From positions 2,294,001 to 2,358,000 of the forward strand of contig OZ234493.1 in NCBI GenBank assembly GCA_965153455.1: DNA of 64,000 nucleotides, read 5' to 3'. Positions 26,578 to 39,020 of the stretch are shown piece after piece. Numbering within the stretch: position 1 is the first letter of the stretch; the number at the start of each line of letters is the position of its first letter. The notes beneath the pieces are model-generated. The model was given only the letters and a program-made list of their open reading frames with translations. It made no database searches and was not told the DNA's origin. The translations under genes and the position numbers were made by a program. The DNA is from Sphagnum compactum. Lineage: Eukaryota.

Positions 26578-26970
26578 TATGAAAAGCTTTGGGTCCATGA
26601 TTTGTTTGATGAACTTACCACCACACGAGATGAGAGTTTTTCTTCTATAGAAATAGAGTTTGCATTAAAGTTTGTTTTTGTTACTCGTGTAAGACGTAAT
26701 TTAAAATTGCAAACATTTCAATTTTTATTATTTAGACATTTAAATTTTCAGTTTTCAAACATTTTAGTTTTCAGTTTTTATTAAACATTCAATTGTTTTT
26801 AGTGTTCAAACATTTTCAATTTTCAATATTCAGACATTTCAGTTTTCAAATTTATACATTAAATTTTCAATATTTACACATTTGTCCGTGCGTTTGCTTC
26901 CTTATCCATCTTCTTCGTGATCGCTTCTTGCGCGTCTCTTTTTATCATGTCTTGTGAGCTGCGGATGGTT

Positions 26971-27308
26971 GTAGTCGCGGAGCTTTTATGCGCACAAATG
27001 GATTGACCTAAACAGGCGCTTTCTTTCAAGCCATTGCGAGCTGAAATTGGCTCGGAATTGCTCACAAAACAAATAAGCCATGCAAAACCCAAACCCTAAT
27101 CTGCAGTCATGTACGTTCAACACCGACGACCTAGTCAGTTGTTGTTCTTCTCTCCTGTTTTGTAGCAGCAACGCACGAAAATGGCTACTGTAGTAGCGGA
27201 GCTTTATGCGCACAAGACAATTGGGCTTTTTCCTAAGCCATTTGGAGCTTCAACTGGCTCGGAATTGCTCACAAAACAAAAGCCATGCAAAACCCAAACC
27301 CTAGTAAT
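26971..27308 (+). promoter_or_regulatory. Duplicated promoter-proximal segment, each copy ending in a telo-box (AAACCCTA)
   Basis: gtagt.gcggagcttt.atgcgcacaa...ggctcggaattgctcacaaaacaaa..agccatgcaaaacccaaacccta at about 26971-27100 and 27190-27305, 200-500 bp upstream of the ASG2-like ATG. Confidence 0.65.
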
Positions 27309-27509
27309 CTGGTAGACTTGTTCTTCCAGGCCCACGATTGCGATCTTTTTCGTCAGTGATGATGTTAGGAAACCATGAGCAGCGGCGAAGGAATTCGGGG
27401 GTTGAGATGAAGAAGGTTGCACGGAGACGGAGTTGAGAGCGAATTTCAGAGAGATTGGGACAGACTTTTGGGAGAGAAAAAACTCGTGGGTGGGTGGGAA
27501 GAAGAAGAG

Positions 27510-30500
27510 ATGGAATCCAGGAAGCGATTTTCCAGCCCTGATGGGAATATGCTCGGTCTCTTGGATCGACGATCTCTTCATGTGCTTGAGGTGTGTGTGT
27601 GTGTGGGTGTTTTGTATTCAGGGTTTGCAATTAGGGTTTCGAAGCAACTCACTCTTTTTGTGCTTTTTTTTTCTTTTGGTGTGTATGTATTTTTGAGCAG
27701 GTCATCGTCGATTTGATAGCAGAAATTGTTCTTTGGGTTTTTTTGGGGTTGTTTTTTCCCATCCTCTTCCTGTAGTGTTTTTTCTGCTGATTGTTTCTAT
27801 GGCCTGTTTTAATCCAGAGTATTCTGACCCGATGAAAGGATGGATTCTCCGAGGTCTGTCTGATGAGGGAGGGATTCACAGATATGGGTTAGTGGGTACA
27901 GAGGTGTAATCAAGCTTGCAAAAGACTTGTTAGGACTCTGACCACTACTGATTAGGGTTTTCAAGAACCCCAAACAGAGAGGAGATGTTAGTGCAAAATT
28001 GTGGATTTGAATAAGAAAATTAGAGTAGAAGGGGTTGGCATCTTGCTGCTTCTCACTTGATAAGTCAATACAAAGTGGATGAGCAATCCTTCACTTCTTT
28101 CTTTCTTACGCATTTCTTTTACAGAAGGCATAGCTGCGACTAAGAACATAATTCTAGTAACAAGAAGAGATGCTTTTTTCTTGTTGTTGAGGAGGAGCCT
28201 GGTTACATGACCATGGAATGGGTTTACTGGGGCAGGTTCCATTCCCAGTCCTGGAACTGTATGCAAGGCGTGCATTGCAGATGCATTCATCTTTGGTGCA
28301 GAGACTGGTTTGCCAAAGAGTAATGGAGGTAAGTGCATGCATGTGTGGCAAGTGTGTGTGAATGCACTCTGCATCTCACTGTATGATTTCTCAAATTACT
28401 AGGTTGACTGTGAAACATTTTTGGTACTTGCAGTCTTTCTCCAAAAATTGCTGATCCAACTGCAGTAACTAACTCCAGTTTGAATGTTGTGTATGGCTTC
28501 TGAATTTCCCAGCATGAGCTCTCTCTGAGTTGGTCTTAGTAATAATGTGCAGGGTCATCAAGGCTGCGTAAATTCACTTGCATGGAATTCTCAGGGAACC
28601 TTGCTTATTTCTGGCTCTGATGACACCAGGGTATGTCCAATACAAAATCATGTCCAATTGTTTGTTCTCTTCTTTTGTTATTTAATGATTATGTGTACCA
28701 TCCATATTACATACCTGCAGAGTTAACAGTTTTGGGGGCTCCATGTTGGTGTTCTTTCTAGTTGTATTTTATCCTTATTGGAGATTTGCTCATGTTCATG
28801 TACTACTGCCAGGTCAACCTTTGGGACTATGGAAGTTTGAAGCTGTCACATAGCATTGATACAGGTCATTCTGCCAATATTTTCTGTACCAAGTTCCTGC
28901 CAGAGACTGGAGATGATGTTGTGGTTTCAGGCGCAGCTGACGCAGAGGTAGTGCAAAGTACCCTAAACCCTAAACCAACCCTCTAGTCGATCACCTGTTA
29001 ATATGACTGGACTTGTGTAGCAGTTTTGGTGCTGAAGTGCACTGCTGTTTTTAAGTCCTGAGGAATGTCTTTAGATTAACTGCTGTTATGGTAATTTACA
29101 GGTCCGGGTACATCGGGTGACAAGGTCAACAGCGTCATCAGCTAGGGCATCATTCTCAGAGCAGTGTGCTGTCTTTCGTTGCCACACACGGAGGGTGAAG
29201 AAGTTGGCGGTGAGAAGCCTCTTCAGTGGGTTTTGGTATTCTTGCTTGATTGGTTTGTTTCTCATTGGCATCACATTATGAAGCAGGTTTGTGAAACTGG
29301 GATATGCTGTAATATTTCAACAAACTTTCGTCTTCTTGTTGTAAGGTTGAAGCTGGGAATCCACATGTTATATGGAGTGCAAGCGAAGATGGCACATTGC
29401 GACAGCATGACTTGAGAGAGCGCGTGTCATGTCCTGCAAATGGTGCCACAGATGATGACTGTCGAAATATTCTTGTGCGTAAAGTCTTACAGCAAATCTT
29501 TTAGGTGGAGGTTGAAGAAATGAAGTTGATGGGCATCCTTTACATTGCTGAGGATTTTTGGCTATGCATGCAAATCTCTCTACAAGTTCTTATGTGACAA
29601 TGATAGCTACAATTGCCCTATCTCTGGAAGTTCTTTATGAGCTTCTTATATGTTTTGTGATCGCTTCAGTTGGACCTTCGGAATGGTGCAAAGAAATCAC
29701 TGCAAGCTTCTCCTAGACACTCTCTTCATTTGAAGACGTGTGCTATCAGCCCGACACAACCTCATTTGCTCCTTATTGGAGGCAGGTAAATTGCTAAATC
29801 TACTCTTCTCCTTTGGTCTTGGCTTTGGGGTTGTTAGTCCATTTTATTCTATTTTCCCTTTTCTTCTCTTTCTCTGCACTTTGGCACAGCCATAATACTT
29901 GTGTTATTATCACTGATTACCCAATGTAGAAGGATTGGTCTGAAGTTGACCTCTGGTTGCATGTTCTCACTGCAAACACCTAATTTTGGGATGTCATGGA
30001 GACTGGTTGACACATTGTCTATGTCACCCAATGCCCATTTGCACAGAAGAGGTGTAAATAGGTAGTGAAGGTTGATTTGAACTATTCAGAACAGGTGATC
30101 GCAGCAAGAAACTACAGAGTGCATCTCAGAAGTGGGTTTTTTGATGAGTGAGACACTTCTTATCATGCAACAACTGGGATGTTGTGAAGCAAAAGCTTGT
30201 CAGTTTGTATTTACTCTGCTTTCCCACATTGCAGTGACGCTTTTGCTCGACTTTATGATAGGCGCATGCTGTCTCCCCCAACAGCATCACGACAGCAACC
30301 AAAGGCCCCTCCCTGCGTCTTCTACTTCTGTCCAGCTCATTTGTCTGACCATGTACATTTCCTTCACTGTGAGATCACAGCTCGTGATTTCAGCTGACAC
30401 CAGTGCTGAAGAAGTGGTGTTAAAATTTGTTGTTCCTACTCTGGGGCACATGTGTTAATAATCCCTTTCCAATTGTGCTTGTGCTGCAGACCCGATCTGG

Positions 30501-33199
30501 ACTCCATCTCACCCATGTTGTGTTCAGCCCGAATGGGCAGGAAGTTTTATTGAGCTATAGTGGCGAACATGTCTACCTTATGGATGCCATCTGTGGTGGG
30601 TTAGGTCTCTTTTTGTGTGTTTTCTTCCTTACCTTTCTTTCTTTTCTGGTGATATGTTTGTCAGACCTAAATTCTCTACAACCTCATCATTGGGTCATCT
30701 CTCAACTCCATCACCTTGACTTAAGATTTTAAGTATAGAGAACTTCTCAATACTCATGAATGGAATTCAGTACAGCATAGAGAACCCTTGAGTTGTAATT
30801 GTATTGGATTGGATCCCAAGGCTCTTATTCTTCGGCATCTATCTCATGGCTTGAGTTGGGAAAATGGAGGTGCAGGCCAGGAGGATCCTGTTGTCTACCG
30901 AGCTAGAGATTTGCCCAAGCGGATGATGCTTACACCAACTGCCAATGGTGCAGAAAGCATGACTTTACCCTTGTCTTCTGGCACTGTGGGTTACAGCCAC
31001 AGGCATAATTTTGCTTGGGTAATGCCTTTTTCAAAAGGATTTTGCATGATATTTTTTGTCTATAAAACTTCAACTTTGAAGTTCAAACTAGGGGCAGCTC
31101 GTGTGTAAAGGTTAGGCATGTAAGAACCGGTCCTCGGTTTTGGGATGGGCGAAGGCAGGGGCAGCTTCCTTACATTTGAGAAGTTGTTTCTGCAGTTACT
31201 AGAGTGCAATGAGCTTCTCCAGGAAGCAAAGGGTGCCTTGGAAGAAGGGAAGAACTATACATATGCCATTGAAGCAGTTGGAGAAGTGATTGATGCTGGA
31301 GGCCCAGTTGTGGGTGCAGCACTTCGTCATGACTGTCTCTGTGTTCGTGCAGCTGCCCTCCTTAAGGTTTGATTGCTTCTGCTTTGTCCTCCCTACAGAT
31401 AATCAACTATGAAGGCAGAATCAGTTTTGTTATCCAAGAGAAATCCCTCCTGTTGTCTTTTGGTCAAGTTAGAAGTCTTCAGATCTGGCAATTGAGTTCT
31501 CTGGCAATTGAGTTGTATAAGATACTTTGAAGAAATTGGAGGTTTTTCTTGCACACTTTCATTGAGCGTTTTTTGAGGAATGGAGCTGGGTGAAAGAAAT
31601 CTCAGTCTTTCAAGTTTCTGTTGCTGTCTTGGCAGCGGGGATGGAAAAATGATGTGCACATGGCCATTCGAGACTGCAATGAGGCCCGAGCAATCAACTC
31701 AATGTCAACTTTGGCCCACCACAACATAGCAGAGGCACTTTCGCAGGTCTGCAAATTTTGTGCCTGCAAAATCCTTCTTATATTTTTACAGTGGCAACTG
31801 CCCCTACATTCATTTTTCCACAGAGTTCACAAACAAAGAAAAGTCTGCATTTTGGTAGCCAACAATATCTCGTCTGAGTCCACAAGTTTGCTTCTGAATA
31901 TGGGATAGGAACTCAGGACCCCCAGATTTCTGTATACCCTAGATTGTTTGCCCTAAATTCTGAGCAGTTTTCTTATGTACAAATCTATACCCTCTCTCTC
32001 AATGATATGACTGCAACCATTCTTGTTGTGTGGTTTCACTGACACTGATACTATGGTTACCCTTCAAAGTGTTTTTATGGGAGCTTTCTTGGCAATCTCA
32101 TGGAGAGCAGTAGAACTTCATAGTTCCTGCTCACAGGGAGTTTGGTTTTTGGTAATGTATGGTTGATTGGTGAGATTGTGGGATGTTCCATTTCCTATCA
32201 AGGTCTGTGTACTCTCTCTCTCTCTCACACACACACACCCACACATTCCTCCCATGAAAGCAACAGCTGAAATAGCAGAGATGTGAACTTGGGTGTGGCA
32301 GCTTGGGAGATATGCAGCAGGGCTGGAGTTTGCAATGAGGGCTCACCACTTAAATCCACTTGACAAGAAGTTATCCGAGCATGTTACTCAGCTCCGAGCC
32401 AAGATAAATAAAGGTGCTTTAGCATTATTTCTTCACTAAACTGCAAATACAAGGTGGATTGTTGATGTCTGGTGAGCATTCTTGGGATTTTTCTTCAGTT
32501 GTGTTGCTGAATTTGCAATTCAGATGTTTGCATGACAAATGTACTACTGGATCTGTATTTGTTGGCATCCATCCAGCAGAGGAAACAGGGGTGAAACAGA
32601 GCAAGGAAAATGAAACCAAATCCGAGAGGTGGACATCACGTAGACGCTTGACTGATCTGCTATTCAGATCAGAACGAGATCACAGTGATGTTTCATCACT
32701 TGACATGCCACTGCCTGGTGGCTCAGACAGGGATGATCTTGATTACTTTGATGATGACATGGAGATGGAGATGGAAGTTGAGATGTCTGTTGGGGAACAT
32801 GGAGAGAGGGATAGGGGAGACTGGGGCTGGTCTGGGTCTGTCAGGCTACGATCATGGGGCGAGACTGGTGAACAGGAGAGTGTGAGAGGTGGTTCTTCTG
32901 GCATGTCTACAGATGAAATTTCTGACATTCAGGTAAACTCTTCTGCGGCGGGTTCTCCAGACTAGTTTTCTTCTTGTGTCTCAGCAGGAGCACTTCTCTC
33001 TTTTTTGTCTTCTTCTACACGAGTCTTTTTGCTTCAATTTTACAGTAATGATCTGCTAAAATACGATTTGGCATAATTGTTGGGTGCTCACTCTGAAAGT
33101 TGCCTGCAGACTGAAGCTGCCATTGACATGCGACAACGGTATGTGGGTCACTGTAATACTGGAACAGACATCAAACAGGCGAGCTTCCTTGGTGAACAT

Positions 33200-33247
<48 letters not shown>

Positions 33248-34699
33248 CTTTTCACTGTTGTGGACTGATCTGACTGATCATAGAAGACAATCCACTTAGT
33301 TTGTGCTTGTTTTCATCTTTTGGAACGATTGTGTCCCCCCTTTTCTAAGTGGTTCCGATACAGTTTTTGTCAGCTTTACAGTCTGCAGGGCTATTTTCAG
33401 TTAAGGTAATCCATGTTTGTTTTCATTGCAGGAGAGTATGTGGCTAGTGGGAGTGATGATGGACGTTGGTTCATATGGCAAAAGAAGACAGGGAGGTTGA
33501 TCAAAATTTTAGTTGGAGATGAAAATGGTACCATTGTGCTTGTTTTCATGTACTCTGGGTTGTGAGCTTCATTCAGTTTTCTTGCATCAGTTGACAGCAA
33601 TATGTGTCTTGACTGACACTTAGCTTTTGCTGTTGAAAGACATAATATATCTATTGACAAAGCATGTGTGGAAGTGAATGACTTGTTGTTACTTGGTTCA
33701 GTAACAGATTTTTCTCTCATATAAATCTTTCTGAAAGATCTGCCAAATTCATATTAGCAGCAGGGCTTGATAAGGCAGTTGGGTTGGTGCAGTTGTAAAT
33801 TGTGTGCAGAGCCATCCATTTGACTGTGCAATTGCTACAAGCGGAATTGATAATACCATCAAGGTAAATCCCTCCTGCAATCAAATATGTTGCCACTGAA
33901 GAATGAAATGCTCCATGATTTTTCTCATTGTTTTTAAGTGCTAGCAATTTTGGCTTAAGAAAACCCATCAAGGTATCCTCTTCCATATGCAGCACGAGAG
34001 CTGCTTGTGAGAAGTACAACCACAGCACTCTCAACTGATCAGATCAAGTTGTGCACTCCTTGGAGCCTGCTGTTTTGAGGGTGTAGTAGCATAAACAACT
34101 AGTTTTATCGTTATGGAGAATGCAGTGCAATGACACAAACTGGGCTGTGCAGAATCTAGGACTGTTTTTTGAGAAGCTCGGATGCTGATGAATCTGTTTG
34201 TTCAGCTGTGGACACCACGTGCAGGTGAGCCCTCAATTGTTGCTGGGGGTGAAGCAGGTCCTGAACCTGTGGATGCTGCTCGAGTCATGGCTGAGAATCA
34301 GCTCCAGATGCGACGGCACCAAGAAATTGGTTTGTAAGTTTCTCTCAACTCGATTTTTGTTGGGTGGCCATTGGTCAAACAGCAGAAGCAAAGCCCTTTT
34401 CCAAAGAGATGAATTTTTCATGGGGGCCTTTGATCAGGGAGGATGGGTAGTATGTACTGTTTTGTGTTTGGTACTGTGGATCCAAATTGGAATACTGGTC
34501 ATTATGGAGAAACCCTTTTACTTTGGTGGTTGAGATGTTGAAATTTGAGGCACCATTGTGTTATGATCTCAGGTTCTCTGAATTGAAGGATGTTGGGCTC
34601 ATTCTAAGTTGTCGGTTTTTGCACAGGCCAATGGAACTGCTGCAACGCTTCAGAGTGCAAGAGGGAGGGGAGCACCCCTTCCAGTGTACACAGAGTTGA
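27510..34699 (+). CDS. ASG2: WD40/TPR DWD protein, ASG2/WDTC1-like (19 exons, 771 aa) with C-terminal CaaX motif CTQS
   Basis: Exons 27510-27590, 28236-28328, 28553-28630, 28813-28947, 29102-29209, 29346-29474, 29670-29785, 30235-30352, 30490-30595, 30876-31018, 31196-31366, 31636-31746, 32302-32413, 32577-32932, 33110-33200, 33432-33527, 33793-33863, 34206-34333, 34627-34699; 2316 nt in frame. Motifs GHQGCVNSLAWN..SGSDD, TGHSANIFCTKF, WSASEDGTLRQHD, TPR region RGWKNDVHMAIRDC, YVGHCNTGTDIKQASF, HPFDCAIATSGID. Confidence 0.93.
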
Positions 34700-35710
34700 T
34701 AACTCTTGCATGCATGCTGGAGGAACCCTTCTAGCCTGAGATATTGGGTTCACACTAAATTGCCCAACTCGCCTGGTTGGTGGCATTCTCAATGTAGGCT
34801 ATGAAGATTTGGTTTTAGGAGTACTGGCTGCTTCCACACTTCATAAACAGAGTGTATATATTATATGAGTCATCTTGCCCTTTCCAATGAGATTGTGCAC
34901 AATGCCTGTACAGATGCATGTGTGAAGCTCCTTAATCCCTGTCCTGATTGTGCACCCGAACAAATACGCTGCATAGCTATATTTGGGCAACAGCGTCAGA
35001 ACACTAGATCTGCAGGGAATATGGACAGGGCTTGAGATTGTTGTCCATGTGCCAGGGGTGTTGCAATACAGCATGTGGTCCAACATGCCCAGAGTGTGCA
35101 GTATTGTCTACAGAATGCAGTCCACATGCCAGGGAGTCTGCAAGATTGTGCACAGAATCTGGACATAGACTGTGTGTGTACAGAGAGGAGAGAGTTTTCA
35201 ACCCTAATACCCCCAAGCTCCTCAACTCTGTTTCATAGAAACAAGAGAAAATGCATGAAGCTGCTTGGTTAGTTAATTGTAATGAGTGGAACAGTCGTTC
35301 TTATGTCTGTGTGCCTCAATTATGGAAGAATGAAAATTGACAGTGGCAACATGGCATGGCTGTGGAGTTCAATTCAATCTCCTGTTTTATGTTTTCTTTT
35401 GCCCCACTCAGCTGGGCATAAGGTGATTGTCATCTGCCCTCACTAATTCTCCAAGTTTAGATTCCTTTTATTGTGCACAACATCACTAACCAATACTAGC
35501 AGGCATAACTATGAAATTGCAGAGAAATCTCCACAACAACAACAATTTGGAGGTAACTGAAATGAGTGCACTCGTAACTTATTATGAGGGGTCACTCACT
35601 TGCAAAGTGTCAGACCATCACCTTCATCACAAATAGCAGTGACAAGCTGCCATGACTACCCACTGCCAACGCAATGAGCAATGCAACAAAAGTACAAACA
35701 CAAGCAAAAA

Positions 35711-35771
35711 ATCTGAGGGTGTTCACATTGATACCCATATCTGAGGGTGTTCACATTGATACCCATATCTG
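35711..35771. repeat. Perfect 28-bp tandem duplication
   Basis: atctgagggtgttcacattgatacccat x2 + atctg. Confidence 0.95.
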
Positions 35772-35888
35772 TAACATTATCAAGCACAGCGGTCATGGTC
35801 TCAGCACAATCAAGCATCATCTGAATCAAGTCTATTTTGTCTCCAAGTCCCAGAGTACCAAATCCCTCCCCAGTGGCTCGCATGTGAC

Positions 35889-37907
35889 CTAAGCACGCAT
35901 GGTCTTTGTCCTGTCATACAAGCAGATAGTAAACCCCCCTTTCTGTTAAAAAAAAAGTAGGTGCATCTGAAGCATGCTATATGAACCTTGTGCATGAAAG
36001 AGATCTAGATGCAGACTCTCAGCTGTCTGTCACATCACAAGAATCAAATCAGTCCAGTGGGCTTCAGTTTCACAACAAATATGCTCTGATGTCCAACCAG
36101 CTGAAACATGAGCAAATGTACCTGCAATTTGTGTGACAACCCGCACCATTCCAGTCACCCTGTGTCAGATTTACCATTAAAAAATGAGCATAATTCTCAC
36201 ACACTCTTGGAACATAAAGAAAAACAAAACAGAGTAGAAGATACCCATTCTAACATGGTCCAATTCTTTCAAAGACAGGCTTGGGTTCTCGCATCAATAG
36301 GCTTGGGGTCCAGTGAAAGGACCACCCCTGCAATCTCTGTAATCCTCTGCAATAACCACCACCAATATACTGTTCAAATTATTACAAACCAATGAACATA
36401 AGCAACAAAATACATTAGGTATTCAATTGGAGCAACAAAAAATTACTTCCCACAACTCTAGCAAATTATACAATTCCAGAAACTTCAAAATCTGTGCACA
36501 TTTATGTACCTCTAGGATATAGCGAGCTGCCCATAACTGGTCTGCTGCTGCAATGCCGATTGAAGGTCCCACTTGGAACTCCCACTGTGGCATGAGGAAC
36601 AGGCAACAAATATCAGTGATTAACAGTGTAGAAGAGAGCAATAGGTGAAGCTGTGCTCCATCACATACACACATGATATGTTGTGACAATTCTCTCCAAG
36701 TCTCAGTAAACTAGGGTCCCATTGGTCATAATGTAGAGAAGGCTAGTCAGGCAAACCTAGAGCAAGCTGAAGATAATTCAATGCAGAATTATCAAATACC
36801 TCCATACATTCATTACAGTGACAATACTGGGTTTTGGAAATGTACTTTACCTGACCAGGCATAACTTCACCATTGATACCACTGATTTGAATGCCAGCAT
36901 AGAGGCATGCTTTGTAATGGGCATTCACAATATCACGGCCCCAGGCTTTGTCAGCTCCTGTTCCACAATAATAGGGTCCCTGTGGGCATGCAAGGGCTGG
37001 CATATTAGAAAAATGCAACAGCATTTAAATCCGTAGTACCACCAATCCTCTGGCCTGACAGTCATGGAAAACAAATGGCCTAATAATAAACCACAATGAA
37101 TAATAATATTTGCTGATAGAAGTTGGATGCATTTTTCAAGGCCAGAGATGACAATAGAATTTGGACCTAAGAGACTTATCCAAAGCAAAGTTTGTGACTT
37201 GCTGGAGCACTACACATTTGTCAAAGATTCTGTAATTTTACTGCAAAGAAGGACAGATGCAAATTGCCCATTTGAGATAGTAAGAAAATTAGTACAGCCT
37301 CAGACACTATTTCTGCTCTAAAACTCTGCATAAGACACAAGATTACATGCCAGGCCATGAAAATGCAGGTGTACAAGAAGGGGTTCACTTCACCTGAGGT
37401 CCAGAGTATCCTCCCTTTGGCCAACCAAGATGCCACTTGATGTCTTTCTGTAGCAAAGTGTATTCTTGCTCTAGTCCAAACCTGGACTCAAATGCATAAT
37501 ATGCCATATTCATCAGGATCTGCATCTTTACCAAATATAACTCTGCAAACAATCTCAATACCCTAGAGCTTGGTGCAAGGGTTTATGGAAGGTCCAGAAA
37601 CTCCTGTCTACTATCCTCAAATCCTTGACAAACAAAATCATAGCATTGAACTTACCAGGGTACCTCCTCAGCAACCTCCTTCTTGGCAAAGACCTCGGCA
37701 GCAGCTGCTCTCTTGTTGGTTGGGATAGGTACACCCTGAGGAGTATATGCATCACAAATAACCTAGAAAATTGCAACACAAGTTGCAAAAGAATTCATGG
37801 GGTTAGTAATTCTCCCCCAGCATTCCCAGCTACTAGTTTCTAAAACTCAAGTTGCAAGAACTGTATATGTGGATACCTACCAGGATGTTGTGTCCCCTGC
37901 GCAATGG
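35889..37907 (-). pseudogene. Internal fragment of a glutamine synthetase (GSII) gene, truncated mid-exon at both ends, introns retained
   Basis: Exons: ~37907-37881 (PLRRGHNIL), 37762-37656 ([22 protein letters not shown]), 37481-37394 ([16 protein letters not shown]), 36979-36851 ([15 protein letters not shown]), 36584-36510 (WEFQVGP..YILE), 36346-36293 (RITEIAGVVLSLDPKPID), 36159-36122 (GDWNGAGCHTNC), 35910-35889 (TKTMRA*). The N-terminal exons (AEYIW, RSKAR, WNYDGSST) and the C-terminal part (NERRLTG, GVANRG, EDRRP) were not found. Confidence 0.92.
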
Positions 37908-37925
37908 GAGCAACCTGCTGCCTCC

Positions 37926-39020
37926 TCAGGAGGTTTCCAAAAGACCCACAGCAGACATCCACATCCCTGCCACAATGACAACTCCTGCACTTATCAGCCC
38001 TAGCAGAGAGGAAGAAGCCCTTGCAAAGAGCCTGGCATGGGAGAAGTCACTGTCCTTCTCCTCCTCCTCCCCTGGGCCAGAACCATTTGCAGGTGTATGG
38101 TACCTTGCAGCAGTTATCCTGGGAACTGATGACAGGAAACAGATGCAAAGATACATGGTCAACAATGTGATGGCAATTGTGAGCAGTGTGTGAACCCCTT
38201 GAAAGAATAACAAAGATTTTGATTGCTTCTCTGCCTCCTTGTCAAAATCATTCTCTTGTGTTACAACTAACTCTATTTGCTGTTTTCCACTCTGTAGATG
38301 CATGAAGCAATATCACAAAAAACACATATCTCACTACCATATAAATTATGGTTTGAAATATAAACAACCTCCCACCTCAAGATGCATATCACATGGAATC
38401 ATTGAAGGTCTTACACCTAGTTCGTTCAAACTAATACTCATATCGACTAAAATGCAGTTTGCATCTAAGAAGCATACAATGCATGCTAGACTGTTCCCCA
38501 AAATTCTCCATGGTATGGAGACATCTCATTGTTTTTCTACAAACTAGGTGGGGAGACCAATGATGAGTTCCTTGTGGGCCACTCTGGAAATAGGTTATAC
38601 TTGTTTCCTACTCACTGCAATACGCTGTCCACGATGAGCTCCATATTCTTCACTAAATATTCTGCACTAGCAATGTGGATCTGGGTACCCTCACAAAGCA
38701 AAAACTGGGTTGCAAAACTGGTAGTAGACACCTGGGCATCATCCTAGGGGAAATAGAAATTGATGAAGTGGTGGAGGACAAGGGGGGGGGTGGGGGGCTG
38801 TATGGTCCCAAGATGCAGAACTTTATCCTGAACTACCTATACTGATATACAGAAGTTCTCAAGCACATCAGAATTTAGTTCAGTGTCATGGTTATTTGAA
38901 TGTTAGAGTAACGCAGTTCATACTACAACTGCTCACCAAAATGCTCAAAGGTGACTGCAAAATGGTAAGACATACTACTGACCTCCACAATCTTCCCACT
39001 TAGAAGACACCAACCCCAGC
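37926..39020 (-). other. Chain of exon-like segments of an unidentified gene directly upstream of the GS fragment
   Basis: Segments 39020-38983, 38680-38616 and 38118-37926 have AG acceptors; the first two end in GT donors. They join into a stop-free frame WGWCLLSGKIVE-IHIASAEYLVKNMELIVDSVLQ-ITAARYHTPANG..LLGLISAGVVIVAGMWMSAVGLLETS*. Family not recognised. Confidence 0.4.

Noticed and set aside
28960-28976. CCCTAAACCCTAAACC telomere-like repeat (also at ~47408-47425)
   Set aside because: Only about two units inside introns; common telo-box-like motifs, not telomeric arrays.
35780-35888. Sequence after the GS breakpoint read as a GS C-terminus or a WD40 exon (DLVLWDLETK)
   Set aside because: No GS motifs in any frame, and the WD-like peptide is too short to support.
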